From Dehalococcoidia bacterium (GTDB taxonomy: Bacteria; Chloroflexota; Dehalococcoidia; UBA2979): a stretch of DNA of 64,000 nt. Within the stretch, counting starts at the first letter, position 1, and every line of letters begins with the position of its first letter. The notes beneath the pieces were generated by a model. It made no database searches. It was not told the origin of the DNA and saw only the letters and a list, made by a program, of their open reading frames with translations. Location of the stretch: positions 32,077 through 96,076 of the forward strand of contig WHSU01000006.1 of assembly GCA_009379925.1 (NCBI GenBank). The letters run 5' to 3'. Below are positions 8,104 through 17,667 of this stretch, piece after piece. The position numbers and the translations under genes are program-made.

Positions 8104-8290
8104 GTACGCCTCCGTTGGCCCGCAGCCTATCCGCGTCGTGTCTCACGAGGAAGCATCCGCAGCCAGGCTTGCCACGTCCGCTTGACACGAGCAGGCGTTC
8201 GCCTGCTATCGTCTCGGCTTGCCAGAACATGCGTGCGACGCGGGGTGCGCGTGGCTGCGGCCAACGGGCGGGGCGCCGAGGAGGTCCTTC

Positions 8291-10639
8291 GTGTCGCTGC
8301 AGGACGCCATCACCGCTCTGCGTGGTGACCCGCAACTCGCGGCCGACTTCGTGAGCTGGCGCTCGCTGCCACCTCGTCCCGCGCACTATGCGGAATGGCC
8401 GGACGCCCTCGACCCGAGGGTCGTCGAGGCGCTGGGACGTTGCGGCATCGAGCGGCCGTATACGCACCAGGCGCGGGCGGTGGAAGGCGCCCTGGCCGGA
8501 CGCCATCAGGTGGTCGTGACGCCCACGGCTTCCGGCAAGACGCTCTGCTACACGCTCCCCGTACTCGAGGCGATCCGGCAGGACCCCGCCGCGCGTGCCC
8601 TCTATATCTTCCCGACAAAAGCGCTGGCGCAGGACCAACTGAACGAGCTGCACGAGCTGGTCACCGAGGCCGGCATCGACGTGAAGACGTTCACCTTCGA
8701 CGGTGACACGGCGCCCGCGGCAAGGCGCGCGGTGCGCACGGCCGGACACGTGGTGATCACGAACCCGGACATGCTCCACACCGGCATCCTCCCGCACCAT
8801 ACGAAGTGGGTGCGGCTGTTCGAGAACCTCCGCTACGTGGTCATCGATGAGCTGCACACCTATCGAGGGGTGTTCGGCTCGCATGTCGCCAACGTGCTGC
8901 GGCGCCTGCGGCGCATCTGCCGCTTCTACGGCGCGGACCCGGTTTTCATCTGCTGCTCCGCCACCATCGCGAATCCGGGCGAACTGGCGTCGCACCTCAC
9001 GGGCTGCGACGTGGAGGTGGTGGACGACAACGGGGCGCCGAGCGGCGAGCGCATCGTGGCCTGCTACAACCCGCCCATCGTCAACCAGGAACTGGGCATC
9101 CGTCGCGGCGTGGTGCGCTCGGCCACCGACATCACCGCGACCCTGCAGTCGGAGGGCGTGCAGAGCATCGTCTTCGCCGGGTCGCGCTCCAACGTCGAAC
9201 TGCTCACCCAGTACCTGCGCGAAGCGCGCGGCGGCCGCCCGCGCCATCCCGTCGGCGAGGAGCCGGTGCGCGGCTACCGCTCCGGCTACCTCCCGAAGGA
9301 GCGGCGCGCCATCGAGGCGGGGCTGCGGGACGGACGCATCCGCACCGTGGTCGCCACCAACGCGCTCGAACTGGGCATCGACATCGGCGGGCTCGACGCG
9401 GCGGTGCTCGCGGGGTATCCCGGCACGCTGGCCAGCCTGCGGCAGCAGATGGGCCGCGCGGGCCGCCGCCACGAAGCTTCGCTGGCCGTGGTGATCGCGG
9501 GCTCGTCTCCGCTGGACCAGTATCTGACCGCCCACGCGGAGTACGCCTTCGGCGAGTCCGTCGAGGCCGGCCTGATCAATCCGGACAACCCGGTCATCGC
9601 TGCCGAGCACCTCAAGTGCGCGGTCTTCGAACTGCCCGTGGACGCCGAGGAGCACGCGCACCTGGGGCCGGACACGCCCGCTCTGCTCGACCTGCTGGAG
9701 GAGCAGGGGATGCTCCACGTAACCCGCACGGGCGAGACGTCGCGCGCGTACTGGTCGAACGAGGCGTACCCGGCCCAGGAGGTGTCGCTGCGCAACGGCG
9801 CGGAACAGAACGTGGTGATCATCGAGCAGAGCACGCCGCCTCGCGTGATCGGCGAGGTCGATCGTCCGTCCGCGATGACGCTCGTCCACGACGAGGCGAT
9901 CTACGTCCACGACGGCCGCCAGTACCACGTGGACGAACTGGACTGGGAAGAACTGAAGGCCTACGTCCGCCCGGTGGACGTCGACTACTACACAGACGCG
10001 CACCTCGCGGTCGACCTGAAGGTCATCCAGGAGTGGGACGGCACACCGACCCCCGCAGTGAGCGGGCACGGCGAGGTCGCGGTCACGTACCTGGCCACGA
10101 TCTTCAAGAAGATCCGCCTCCACACCCACGAGAACATCGGCTGGGGCAAGATCCGGCTCCCCCAGGACGACCTCCACACGGGCGCCTACTGGACGGCGCT
10201 GCCCGACGACCTCGTCGCCACCCGCGGCACCTCCGAGGTCGAGGGTGCGCTGCACGGCCTCGGGCGGCTGCTCGCCAACGTGGCGCCACTGCTGCTGATG
10301 TGCGACCCGCGAGACCTCCACCTGTCGCCACAGGTGAAGTCGCCGCACACCGGACGGCCCACGGTCTTCCTCTGGGAGTCCATCCCCGGCGGCGTCGGCT
10401 TCGGGCAACACTTGTTCGAGGTCGGCGACACGCTCCTGCGGATCGCGCTCGACCTCGCCGGCGCCTGTCCATGCGTGGATGGCTGCCCAGGCTGTGTCGG
10501 ACCGCCCCCGACGCCGAACCTGGGGACGAAGTCGCTCGTGCTTCGCGCCCTCGAGGAGATGCGCGCCTCACCCGACCCCCTCTCGACATCACTTGGAGCG
10601 GGGGCGTCCGAGGCCCTAGCCTCCTCCCCCCTCCGATGA
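8291..10639 (+). CDS. mrfA: DEAD/DEAH-box helicase with a C-terminal DUF1998/MrfA zinc-binding domain (MrfA/YprA-like)
   Basis: Motif I is TPTASGKT, motif II VIDELH and motif III CSAT. The C-terminal CPCVDGCPGCV cluster is present. GTG 8291 follows GAGGAGG. Confidence 0.85.
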   Translation: MSLQDAITALRGDPQLAADFVSWRSLPPRPAHYAEWPDALDPRVVEALGRCGIERPYTHQARAVEGALAGRHQVVVTPTASGKTLCYTLPVLEAIRQDPAARALYIFPTKALAQDQLNELHELVTEAGIDVKTFTFDGDTAPAARRAVRTAGHVVITNPDMLHTGILPHHTKWVRLFENLRYVVIDELHTYRGVFGSHVANVLRRLRRICRFYGADPVFICCSATIANPGELASHLTGCDVEVVDDNGAPSGERIVACYNPPIVNQELGIRRGVVRSATDITATLQSEGVQSIVFAGSRSNVELLTQYLREARGGRPRHPVGEEPVRGYRSGYLPKERRAIEAGLRDGRIRTVVATNALELGIDIGGLDAAVLAGYPGTLASLRQQMGRAGRRHEASLAVVIAGSSPLDQYLTAHAEYAFGESVEAGLINPDNPVIAAEHLKCAVFELPVDAEEHAHLGPDTPALLDLLEEQGMLHVTRTGETSRAYWSNEAYPAQEVSLRNGAEQNVVIIEQSTPPRVIGEVDRPSAMTLVHDEAIYVHDGRQYHVDELDWEELKAYVRPVDVDYYTDAHLAVDLKVIQEWDGTPTPAVSGHGEVAVTYLATIFKKIRLHTHENIGWGKIRLPQDDLHTGAYWTALPDDLVATRGTSEVEGALHGLGRLLANVAPLLLMCDPRDLHLSPQVKSPHTGRPTVFLWESIPGGVGFGQHLFEVGDTLLRIALDLAGACPCVDGCPGCVGPPPTPNLGTKSLVLRALEEMRASPDPLSTSLGAGASEALASSPLR

Positions 10640-11940
10640 CCACGGCCGCGCCACCCCCGAACCTCGACCACCTGCGCGCGCTCATCCGCCGCATCGAGGC
10701 GAGGCGGCCGCAACCGAAGACACTGGCGTCACCCCTCGAACGGCACGCCGCCGAGCGACGCGCCGAGGCGCGCCAGCGCCTGGCGTTCCGGCCACGCGAG
10801 ACGGCTGCCGGCGCCTGCCTTGAGCGCATCGAGGTGTATCCGCTGGCGTACGAGGTCGGCCACCAGCCGCTTGCGCCGCTCGCGTCGGTGACGGGGGAGA
10901 CACTCGCACTGCTCGTCCCCGGCGCCGAGGTGGAGGACGCGACGGCGGAGGACCTGCTGTTCCTCGACATCGAGACCACGGGACTGGGCGGCGCCGGCGC
11001 CATCGCGTTCCTCGTCGCCACGGCCCGCCTCGGACAGCGCGACGGCGCGCCGGCGCTGGTGCTGCGGCAGTACCTTGCCGCCAGCCCGCCCGAGGAGGCC
11101 GCGGTCGTCGACGCGCTGCTGGAGGACGTGGCGCTGGACACCCACCCCGTGCTGGCGACGTACAACGGCCGCGGCTTCGACGCGCCGATGCTGGACGGCC
11201 GCGCCACCATGCATCGTCGCCGCGCCGGTTTCGAGGTGCTGCGCCAGTTCGACCTGCTACAGACGGCGCGCGCGGGATACCGCGGGCTGCTGCCCTCCTG
11301 CCGGCTCGCGGAAGTCGAGGTCGCTGCGCTCGGCCTCGGCCGGCCGGAGGGCGAGGTCGCCGGCGCAGCCGTCCCGCGCTGTTACTTCAACTACCTGCGC
11401 ACGCGGGACCCGAGGTGGATCGAGCCGGTCATCGTGCACAACGCGCTCGACGTGCTGGCGCTGGCGGGCCTCACCGCGCGGCTGGCTGGCATCGTCACCG
11501 GCCAGGTGGAGACACGTGGCGTCGATGCCCTCGTCGCCGGACGGTTGCTGGCGGCCGCGGGGCGGCCGGAGCGCGCGGCCCCCTGCTTCGCGCGCGCACT
11601 GGACGACCTGCCGCCGTCCACGGAGCGGCAGGAGGCGGCGGCGCGGCTGGCCGCGCTGCACAAGTCCGCCGGCCGCCCTGACCTCGCGGAGCCGCTTTGG
11701 TGGCAGGTGGCGGAGCGGCCGGGCCACGGGCGGCTGCGGGCGCACGTGGAACTCGCGATCTACTACGAGCACCACGCGCGCGACCTCGGACGCGCCGCCG
11801 AGGTGGTAGCGGCAGCGCTCGACCACGTCGAGCGCGCGCTGTCGCGGGACGACCCCGCCGGCGCCCATCGCTGGCGGACCGCTCTGCTATGGCGCGGCGC
11901 TCGGGTACACTCGAAGCTCGAACGACAGCGGTCCACCTGA
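10636..11940 (+). CDS. mrfB: RNase H-like (DEDD) exonuclease with a C-terminal helical/TPR-like region (MrfB/YprB-like)
   Basis: ATG 10636 overlaps the mrfA stop (ATGA). Exonuclease motifs are LFLDIETTGL, YNGRGFDAPML and HNALDVLAL. Confidence 0.8.
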   Translation: MTTAAPPPNLDHLRALIRRIEARRPQPKTLASPLERHAAERRAEARQRLAFRPRETAAGACLERIEVYPLAYEVGHQPLAPLASVTGETLALLVPGAEVEDATAEDLLFLDIETTGLGGAGAIAFLVATARLGQRDGAPALVLRQYLAASPPEEAAVVDALLEDVALDTHPVLATYNGRGFDAPMLDGRATMHRRRAGFEVLRQFDLLQTARAGYRGLLPSCRLAEVEVAALGLGRPEGEVAGAAVPRCYFNYLRTRDPRWIEPVIVHNALDVLALAGLTARLAGIVTGQVETRGVDALVAGRLLAAAGRPERAAPCFARALDDLPPSTERQEAAARLAALHKSAGRPDLAEPLWWQVAERPGHGRLRAHVELAIYYEHHARDLGRAAEVVAAALDHVERALSRDDPAGAHRWRTALLWRGARVHSKLERQRST

Positions 11941-11967
11941 CCGACGCTCCCCGGTCGTGCACCGCCG

Positions 11968-13908
11968 ATGACGATGGGTCCATGCATGGTCCGGTGGTTG
12001 CCGGTCACCCTGCTCTGCCTCGTGACGCTGATCCTTGCAGCGTGCAGCGGCGCCACGCCCGACGGCACCGCCGATCCCGAAGTCACCGCCACCACGACCG
12101 CCGCGCCCTCGACGGCTGTGGCGCCCGAGGAGTCCCCGCGAGCCGGCGCGCCGCCGGAGGACGCTACCGACGGCGAGTCCGAGTACGCGCCCCCCGCGCC
12201 GACCGCGATGCCGAGTACCGGGCCGCGCGAGCGCGTCGAACTGGTCGTCACCGGCGACCTGGCCTCGGCGTTCGACCTGCTCCGTCAGGTAGGGGCAGAA
12301 ATCGAGGTGCACGCGGGCGACCGCATCCAGGCGCTCGTCCCGGAAGCCCGCATCGGCGCCCTCGAACGCAGCCCGCTCGTCGAGGTGGAACGGCCGGGCA
12401 TCGTCGTCCCCCTGCAGACGGGCACCACCGCGCTCGAGATCATGGGGGCCGACCGCTGGCATGCGGCCGGGTTCACCGGCCACGGCGTAAAGGTCGCGAT
12501 CCTCGACCGCGGCTTCAACGGCTACCTGGACGCGATGGGCACGACGCTCCCGGCTAACGTCACCGTGCAGTCGTTCCGGGCGGACGCCAGCGTAGGCGCG
12601 GCGACCGACCATGGACTGCGCGTCGCGGAGATCGTGCACCGCGTGGCGCCGGGCGCGCAGCTCTACCTCGTGAACTTCGACACCGTCACGGAACTCAGCG
12701 CCGCCGTCGACTACCTGATCGAGCAGGAGGTCGCCGTCGTCTCGTTCTCGCTGGGCTACATCCACAACGGGCCCGGCGACGGCACAGGCGCCGTCAACGA
12801 GATCGTCTCGCGAGGCACGGCGGCCGGCCAGTCGTGGGCCGTGGCGTCCGGCAACTGGGCCGAGCAGCACTGGGCCGGCCCCTTCCGGGACACGGACGGC
12901 GACTCGGTCCACGAGTTCGACTCGGGCAGTCAGCAGATCGGCCACCACTTCAACGCGGGCGACCTCATCCTCGTCTCGCTGCGCTGGGACGACGAATGGG
13001 GCGCCGCCTGCTCCGACTACGACATCGAGGTCTTCGGGCCGGGCGGTGCGCTGGTGGGCGCGTCCCGCGACATCCAGGACTGCGAGGGCGACCCCGTGGA
13101 AGACCTGCAGGTGCTCGCCACGGAGGCGGGCACGTACAGGCTGCGCATCATCGAGGCGCACGCGGAGGGCACGCGCCAACTCGACCTGATGGTGGTGGGC
13201 TCGCCCGACCGCGGGCACCCGCTGGAGTTCGCCGTCGCCGGTGGATCGCTCGCCGAGCCGGCCGACCACCCGGGGGTCGTCACCGTCGGCGCGCTGGGGA
13301 ACATCTCGGACGGGCTGCTCATGGAGGCGGACTTCTCCTCGCGCGGGCCGACGCTGGACGGGCGCCCGAAGCCGAACGTGCTCGCGCCCACCGGGCTCTG
13401 CTGTGGTGACCCGAGCATCGTCGCGTCCCAGGCCGATGCCTTCGCCGGGACCTCGGCCGCCGCGCCGCACGTCGCGGGTGGTCTGGCGCTGCTGTCGGAG
13501 GCGTTTCCGGGCTCCACGCGCTCGGAACTGACGGGCCGGCTGCTCAACCGCTCGGTGGCCGCCCAGCCGATCGCCGAAGGCAGCCTGCTTGCCCGCATCG
13601 CGAACCTCGGCTCCCTGTTCGGCCTCGGACCGTTGCTGCCGGAGGACGCGGCGAGCGCCATGCTCTTGCCCGAACTGCCGGCCACCGAGGGGTTGGCGGT
13701 GCTGCTCTATCGCGGCCCGGACCAGTACCCGTTGCGCTTCGTCCACCTGCTCACGGACGGGCGGACGCCCGCCACTGTCTTCCGTCTGGACACCAGCAAC
13801 CAGCGCTTCCTCGCGTGGATCCGCGGCGCGCCTCCCTGGGTCTCCGACTTCGACGCGATCCCCGAGGGCGAAGTGATCATCATGCGCTTCGACGCGCCGG
13901 CGCCCTGA
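11968..13908 (+). CDS. S8-family (subtilisin-like) serine peptidase, lipoprotein
   Basis: Lipobox LILAAC. The catalytic D/H/S contexts are VKVAILDRG, ATDHGLRVAEIV and GTSAAAPHVAG. Confidence 0.85.
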   Translation: MTMGPCMVRWLPVTLLCLVTLILAACSGATPDGTADPEVTATTTAAPSTAVAPEESPRAGAPPEDATDGESEYAPPAPTAMPSTGPRERVELVVTGDLASAFDLLRQVGAEIEVHAGDRIQALVPEARIGALERSPLVEVERPGIVVPLQTGTTALEIMGADRWHAAGFTGHGVKVAILDRGFNGYLDAMGTTLPANVTVQSFRADASVGAATDHGLRVAEIVHRVAPGAQLYLVNFDTVTELSAAVDYLIEQEVAVVSFSLGYIHNGPGDGTGAVNEIVSRGTAAGQSWAVASGNWAEQHWAGPFRDTDGDSVHEFDSGSQQIGHHFNAGDLILVSLRWDDEWGAACSDYDIEVFGPGGALVGASRDIQDCEGDPVEDLQVLATEAGTYRLRIIEAHAEGTRQLDLMVVGSPDRGHPLEFAVAGGSLAEPADHPGVVTVGALGNISDGLLMEADFSSRGPTLDGRPKPNVLAPTGLCCGDPSIVASQADAFAGTSAAAPHVAGGLALLSEAFPGSTRSELTGRLLNRSVAAQPIAEGSLLARIANLGSLFGLGPLLPEDAASAMLLPELPATEGLAVLLYRGPDQYPLRFVHLLTDGRTPATVFRLDTSNQRFLAWIRGAPPWVSDFDAIPEGEVIIMRFDAPAP

Positions 13909-13985
13909 CCAACACCCTCGGCTCGCGCTCAAGCCGGAAGCGCGGTTCGCTACGTATATCGGTATGTCGGTGCGTCCGCACGGGT

Positions 13986-15617
13986 ATGCCGGGTCGGATC
14001 GGCTTGTTTGGAGTTGCCGTGACTGCCCTGACCCCGCGCACCTGGCGAGTCCTCGGCCCGCTTGTGCTGTTGTCCGGCCTAGCCCTGCTGGCAGCGGCCT
14101 GCGATAGCGGCGCCGAGGGGAGCGGAGGCGGCACGCCCTCGCCTTCGCCCAGCGCGACGACTGCGCTGCAGGCGACATCGACCGTGACACCGCCCGCGAG
14201 CGCCACGCCGCCCCTCGAACCGACGCCCCATGCCGACGCGGAGGCGGCCTTCGCGACGGTGGTGCCCGACTGGATCGAGGGCCTCGGCACGGAGACCCGG
14301 ACCCAGCTCGACACGCCGTACAAGTACTTCGCGACCTGGCCGGTCATCGAGGGCTATCCGGTGCTGGGCGACGAACTGAGCGTGGCCATCGAATCCAGTC
14401 GGGCGGCCTTCGAGGAGCGGTTCGGCGACCTGGTCCCGGGTTCGCCCGTCGTCCCCGAGTTGAACATCACCTTCGACTTCCTGGTTGCCTCCGGCGACGT
14501 GATCGGCGTGCGGCTCGCCCGGTACGAGTTCGCCGGCGCAGGGGGCGCCGAGTCTGCTCGCTCGCTGTGGTTCGACACATCGGGCGACCGCGCGCTACCC
14601 GCGACGGCGCTCCTCGACGGCCCGGGCGCGCTCGAGCAGGTCGCGAACTACGCCCGTGTAGCGTTGCAGCGCGACCGCCCGGACCTCTCGCTCCCGGATC
14701 AACTGGAGGCGGGCACCGCCGCCACCGACGAGAACTACAACTCGATCGGCTTCACCGCGACGGGCGACCTGCTGATCGAGTTCGACGAATACCAGGTCGG
14801 CCCGGGCTCATCGGGCTCCCCGAGGGTGCTCATCCCGGCGGCTTCCGCGGCGCTGCTGCTCTCCGACTTCGGGCGCCGCGCGCAAGAGCAGGTGCTCGAC
14901 CCGAGCGGCGCGCTGGCGCTGCCCGAGCCGGCACCGACGTCAACGCCGACACACGAGGCCGCCCGCCCGCCCGTAGGCGGCGTCGATTGCGCGCAGGTCG
15001 CGTGCGTAGCGCTGACGTTCGACGATGGCCCCGCACGGCCGACCTCGCGGCTCCTCGACATCCTCGCCGAGCGGGGGAGCCACGCGACGTTCTTCGTCGT
15101 GGGTGTGAACGCGACCCACAACGAAGAGTTGCTCGCGCGCATCGTGGCGGAAGGGCACGAGGTCGGGAACCACGCACTCGACCATCGCGACCTGACGAAG
15201 CTCTCGGCGGAGCAGGTGCGGGAGCAGGTGGAGGGCGCCGCGCAGGCCATCGAGGCGGTGACCGGCGTCCGGCCGCGTTTGCTCCGCCCGCCATACGGCG
15301 CCCTCGACGAACGCGTGGCCGAGGTGACGGGCATGCCGTTCATCCTCTGGTCCGTGGATCCGCGAGACTGGGCCGACCATGACACGGCCCTGGTGGCGCA
15401 ACGGGTGGCCTCCCAGGCGCACCGCGGGTCGATCGTGCTGCTCCACGACATCCACACGACGACCGTCGATGCCGTCCCGGCGATCCTCGACGACTTCGCG
15501 GCGCGCGGACTGACCGCGGTCACGGTCACGGACCTCCTCGGTCCGGAACTCGTGGCCGGTCGCTCGTATCGCAGCCAGTTTCAGAGCAAGCAACCGGCGA
15601 CGAGGAACCAGCAATGA
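13986..15617 (+). CDS. Polysaccharide/peptidoglycan deacetylase (NodB domain) lipoprotein with an N-terminal PdaC-like domain
   Basis: Lipobox LLAAC. NodB motifs are LTFDDGP, HEVGNHALDH and LLRPPYG. The start is uncertain (ATG 13986 or GTG 14019). Confidence 0.85.
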   Translation: MPGRIGLFGVAVTALTPRTWRVLGPLVLLSGLALLAAACDSGAEGSGGGTPSPSPSATTALQATSTVTPPASATPPLEPTPHADAEAAFATVVPDWIEGLGTETRTQLDTPYKYFATWPVIEGYPVLGDELSVAIESSRAAFEERFGDLVPGSPVVPELNITFDFLVASGDVIGVRLARYEFAGAGGAESARSLWFDTSGDRALPATALLDGPGALEQVANYARVALQRDRPDLSLPDQLEAGTAATDENYNSIGFTATGDLLIEFDEYQVGPGSSGSPRVLIPAASAALLLSDFGRRAQEQVLDPSGALALPEPAPTSTPTHEAARPPVGGVDCAQVACVALTFDDGPARPTSRLLDILAERGSHATFFVVGVNATHNEELLARIVAEGHEVGNHALDHRDLTKLSAEQVREQVEGAAQAIEAVTGVRPRLLRPPYGALDERVAEVTGMPFILWSVDPRDWADHDTALVAQRVASQAHRGSIVLLHDIHTTTVDAVPAILDDFAARGLTAVTVTDLLGPELVAGRSYRSQFQSKQPATRNQQ

Positions 15618-15671
15618 CCGGCACGAGGAAGCGGCCCGAAGGCCGCCGGTCACCGTCACGCTGTCAGGTCG

Positions 15672-16736
15672 CTAGTTGAGCGTCGGCCCGTCGCGGGGCT
15701 CGTCGTCCGTGGGCGCCTCGGTCGGCGTCGCCGTGGCGGTCGCGGTGCCCTCGACCGTCGAGGTGGCGGTCGGCGATGCATCGGGGTCGGGCGTATCGGC
15801 CGGCGTGGCCGTTGGCGAGACGGTGGGCGTCGCCGTGGGCGTGGCGGTCGGCGTCGGAGTCTCGGTGGGGGTCGCGGTAGGAGTGAGCGTCGGCGGGGGC
15901 GTCTCCTCGTAGGCGCGTGCCGCCGTGACGGCGTCGCGGGTGCTGACCTGCGCCGCGTTCAGCGCGCGCTCGCCGCCCTCTTCGGGCTCCACACGATCCA
16001 GCACTTCGGCCCCGCTCTCGATGGCCTCGCGGTACTCCTGGACCTCCTCCTGCGTCATGCTCCCGGGCGCCTCTTCGAGCTGGCGCCGCACCGAGGCGGT
16101 GTCCTCGGTCCACATCCGTGCGAGCAGGGCGTCGACGGGGCGCCCCTCGTTGGCACGGCGGGCCAGCTCTCCCAGCGTGAGTTGCAAGCGCGTCACCTGG
16201 TCGTTCGCGGAGAGCACCGTCTGGTTAGCCGGCGTGCCCGTCGGCGTCCCGGTCGGCACGCGGACGGTCGAGTCAGGGTCACCACCCACGAGGCCGGAAC
16301 CGCTGAGGGCAAGGAATGTCAGCGCCGCGGCGGCGGCGGCAGAGGTGACCGGGGCGAAGAACGCGGCGGCCGAGCCGACCGAGCCGGGGAACAGCGCGTG
16401 CCACCATGGCCCGCTGCGTGCCTGCGAGGGCTTCGCCGCGGCAGGGGCCGGCGCGGCATGCCGCCGTTCCTCGAGCGCGTTCAGCACCGCCGCCCTTGAG
16501 CGCCGGTGGAAGGAAGCGAAGGCCGGCCGTTCGGTGGACTCTGCCAGCGTGCTGCGCAGTTCGCCGGCCGTGGCGAGCAACGAGGTGAGGGCGGGGTCTT
16601 CGCGCGGGTCCACCGCGGGGCGGCGACCATCTTCGATGGCTTCCAGCGCCTCCGCGAGCCGGAGCACCTCCATGTCGTCGGACGCCATAGCGTCCAACGA
16701 GAAGGGCTCCATCTCCGGGTCATGCGCTTCGGTCAT
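15672..16736 (-). CDS. Putative anti-sigma factor (single-pass membrane protein) with a Thr/Pro-rich C-terminal tail
   Basis: It lies immediately downstream of the ECF sigma gene. It has one central TM helix (AAFFAPVTSAAAAAALTFLAL) and a TPTATPTETPTPTATPTATPT low-complexity tail. No HxxxCxxC ZAS motif is present. Confidence 0.6.
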   Translation of the reverse strand: MTEAHDPEMEPFSLDAMASDDMEVLRLAEALEAIEDGRRPAVDPREDPALTSLLATAGELRSTLAESTERPAFASFHRRSRAAVLNALEERRHAAPAPAAAKPSQARSGPWWHALFPGSVGSAAAFFAPVTSAAAAAALTFLALSGSGLVGGDPDSTVRVPTGTPTGTPANQTVLSANDQVTRLQLTLGELARRANEGRPVDALLARMWTEDTASVRRQLEEAPGSMTQEEVQEYREAIESGAEVLDRVEPEEGGERALNAAQVSTRDAVTAARAYEETPPPTLTPTATPTETPTPTATPTATPTVSPTATPADTPDPDASPTATSTVEGTATATATPTEAPTDDEPRDGPTLN

Positions 16737-16767
16737 CGCCCCGCCCTGGTCCTGTCCGTCTCTCGTG

Positions 16768-17427
16768 CTATCCGCGACGCCTGGCCCGCGGTTGTTCTTC
16801 TTCCGACCCGGGATCCGCGGCCGGTTCCGCCAGCAACTGGCGCAACTTCGCGATCCCCTTGTGCTGCAGCACCTTCACATTCGTCTGCTGCTTGCCGAGC
16901 GCCTCCGCCGTCTCCGCGACCGAAAGACCCGCCCCGAAACGCAAGCGGATCACGTCCCGCTGCGCCTCCGGGAGCCGCTCGACCGCCTCGAACGCCTCCT
17001 CGATCGACAGTTTCGTCACCGCCAGTTCGCTCGGGCCGCGGCGCTCGTCCCGGATCCACTCCGGGACCTCGCCGGCCGTCCCGCGCAGGCTCGCGCGGCG
17101 GTGGAACGAGACAACATGGTTATGGGCGATGCGGAAGAGCCACGCCGCGAAGGCGCTCTTCTCTTCCCCGCCCCCGGACGCGCCATCCGCACCACTGCGG
17201 ATCGTGCGCCACTCGAACCCGTCGACCGCTCCCAGGACCTTGACGAAGATCTCCTCCGACAGGTCCTCCGCGTCCGTCTCGTTGCCCACGCGGGCCAGGC
17301 AGTAGCGGTACAACCGCACGATGTACGCGTCGTAGAGGACGCCCATCGCTTCCTGGTCCCCGGCCGCCGCGCGCAGCACCCAGCTGCGCTCCTCCGGCAC
17401 GGACAACGAACTGGGGGGGTCTGCCAC
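16768..17427 (-). CDS. ECF-type RNA polymerase sigma-70 family factor
   Basis: Region 2 reads AMGVLYDAYIVRLYRYCLARVGNETDAEDLSEEIF. Region 4 reads LPEAQRDVIRLRFGAGLSVAETAEALGKQQTNVKVLQHKGIAKLR. GTG 17427 follows GAGGAG. The 713-aa ORF extension is antisense to murJ and spurious. Confidence 0.8.
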   Translation of the reverse strand: MADPPSSLSVPEERSWVLRAAAGDQEAMGVLYDAYIVRLYRYCLARVGNETDAEDLSEEIFVKVLGAVDGFEWRTIRSGADGASGGGEEKSAFAAWLFRIAHNHVVSFHRRASLRGTAGEVPEWIRDERRGPSELAVTKLSIEEAFEAVERLPEAQRDVIRLRFGAGLSVAETAEALGKQQTNVKVLQHKGIAKLRQLLAEPAADPGSEEEQPRARRRG

Positions 17428-17667
17428 CGGGCGCTCCTCGCTCGCGAGACTTCGATGGGGCCGAGTCCCGCCACGGGCGCCCGGATCATAGAAGCACGCA
17501 GGCGAGGAGTCGATCCGCTTCGACCCCACCAGAGATAAGAACGGGTGAGCGGCCATCTGGTTAACGGGAGCCCTCGGGATCCTCCCGAATCGGCACCCGC
17601 ACCACCTCCGGCGCGCGCGGCAGCCGTCTTCATTGACCGTCCTCCCCCTCCCCTCGATGATCCGCGC

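Noticed and set aside
8224-8237. AGAACATGCGTGCG upstream of mrfA, considered as a LexA box.
   Set aside because: It has one mismatch in the conserved GTTC arm (GTGC). Without a genome-specific matrix I cannot call it, so it is mentioned only as a note under the mrfAB finding.
8021-10411. A 796-aa minus-strand ORF antisense to the mrfA-like helicase. Similar long ORFs lie at 9616-11940 (N-terminal part), 10104-11210 and 8847-9494.
   Set aside because: They overlap a gene with clear helicase motifs in another frame or strand, and their composition is Arg/Gly/Ala junk. Only the 10636-11940 part of the 9616 ORF is real (mrfB).
11887-14190. A 767-aa minus-strand ORF across the S8 peptidase gene. 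Analogous giant ORFs lie at 5748-7655 (+), 52771-55284 (-), 56532-59066 (+) and 43951-45606 (-).
   Set aside because: Each is antisense or out of frame to a gene with strong family motifs (S8 triad, flavin reductase/small proteins, ACAD/TreT, CoA-transferase, MFS). None shows recognisable motifs of its own.
15672-15915. Highly repetitive GGCGTCGCCGTGGGCGTGGCGGTCGGCGTCGG-type DNA that could be mistaken for a tandem repeat or array.
   Set aside because: It is the in-frame coding sequence of the Thr/Pro-rich tail (TPTATPTETPTPTATPTATPT) of the anti-sigma candidate. It has no spacer-repeat organisation.
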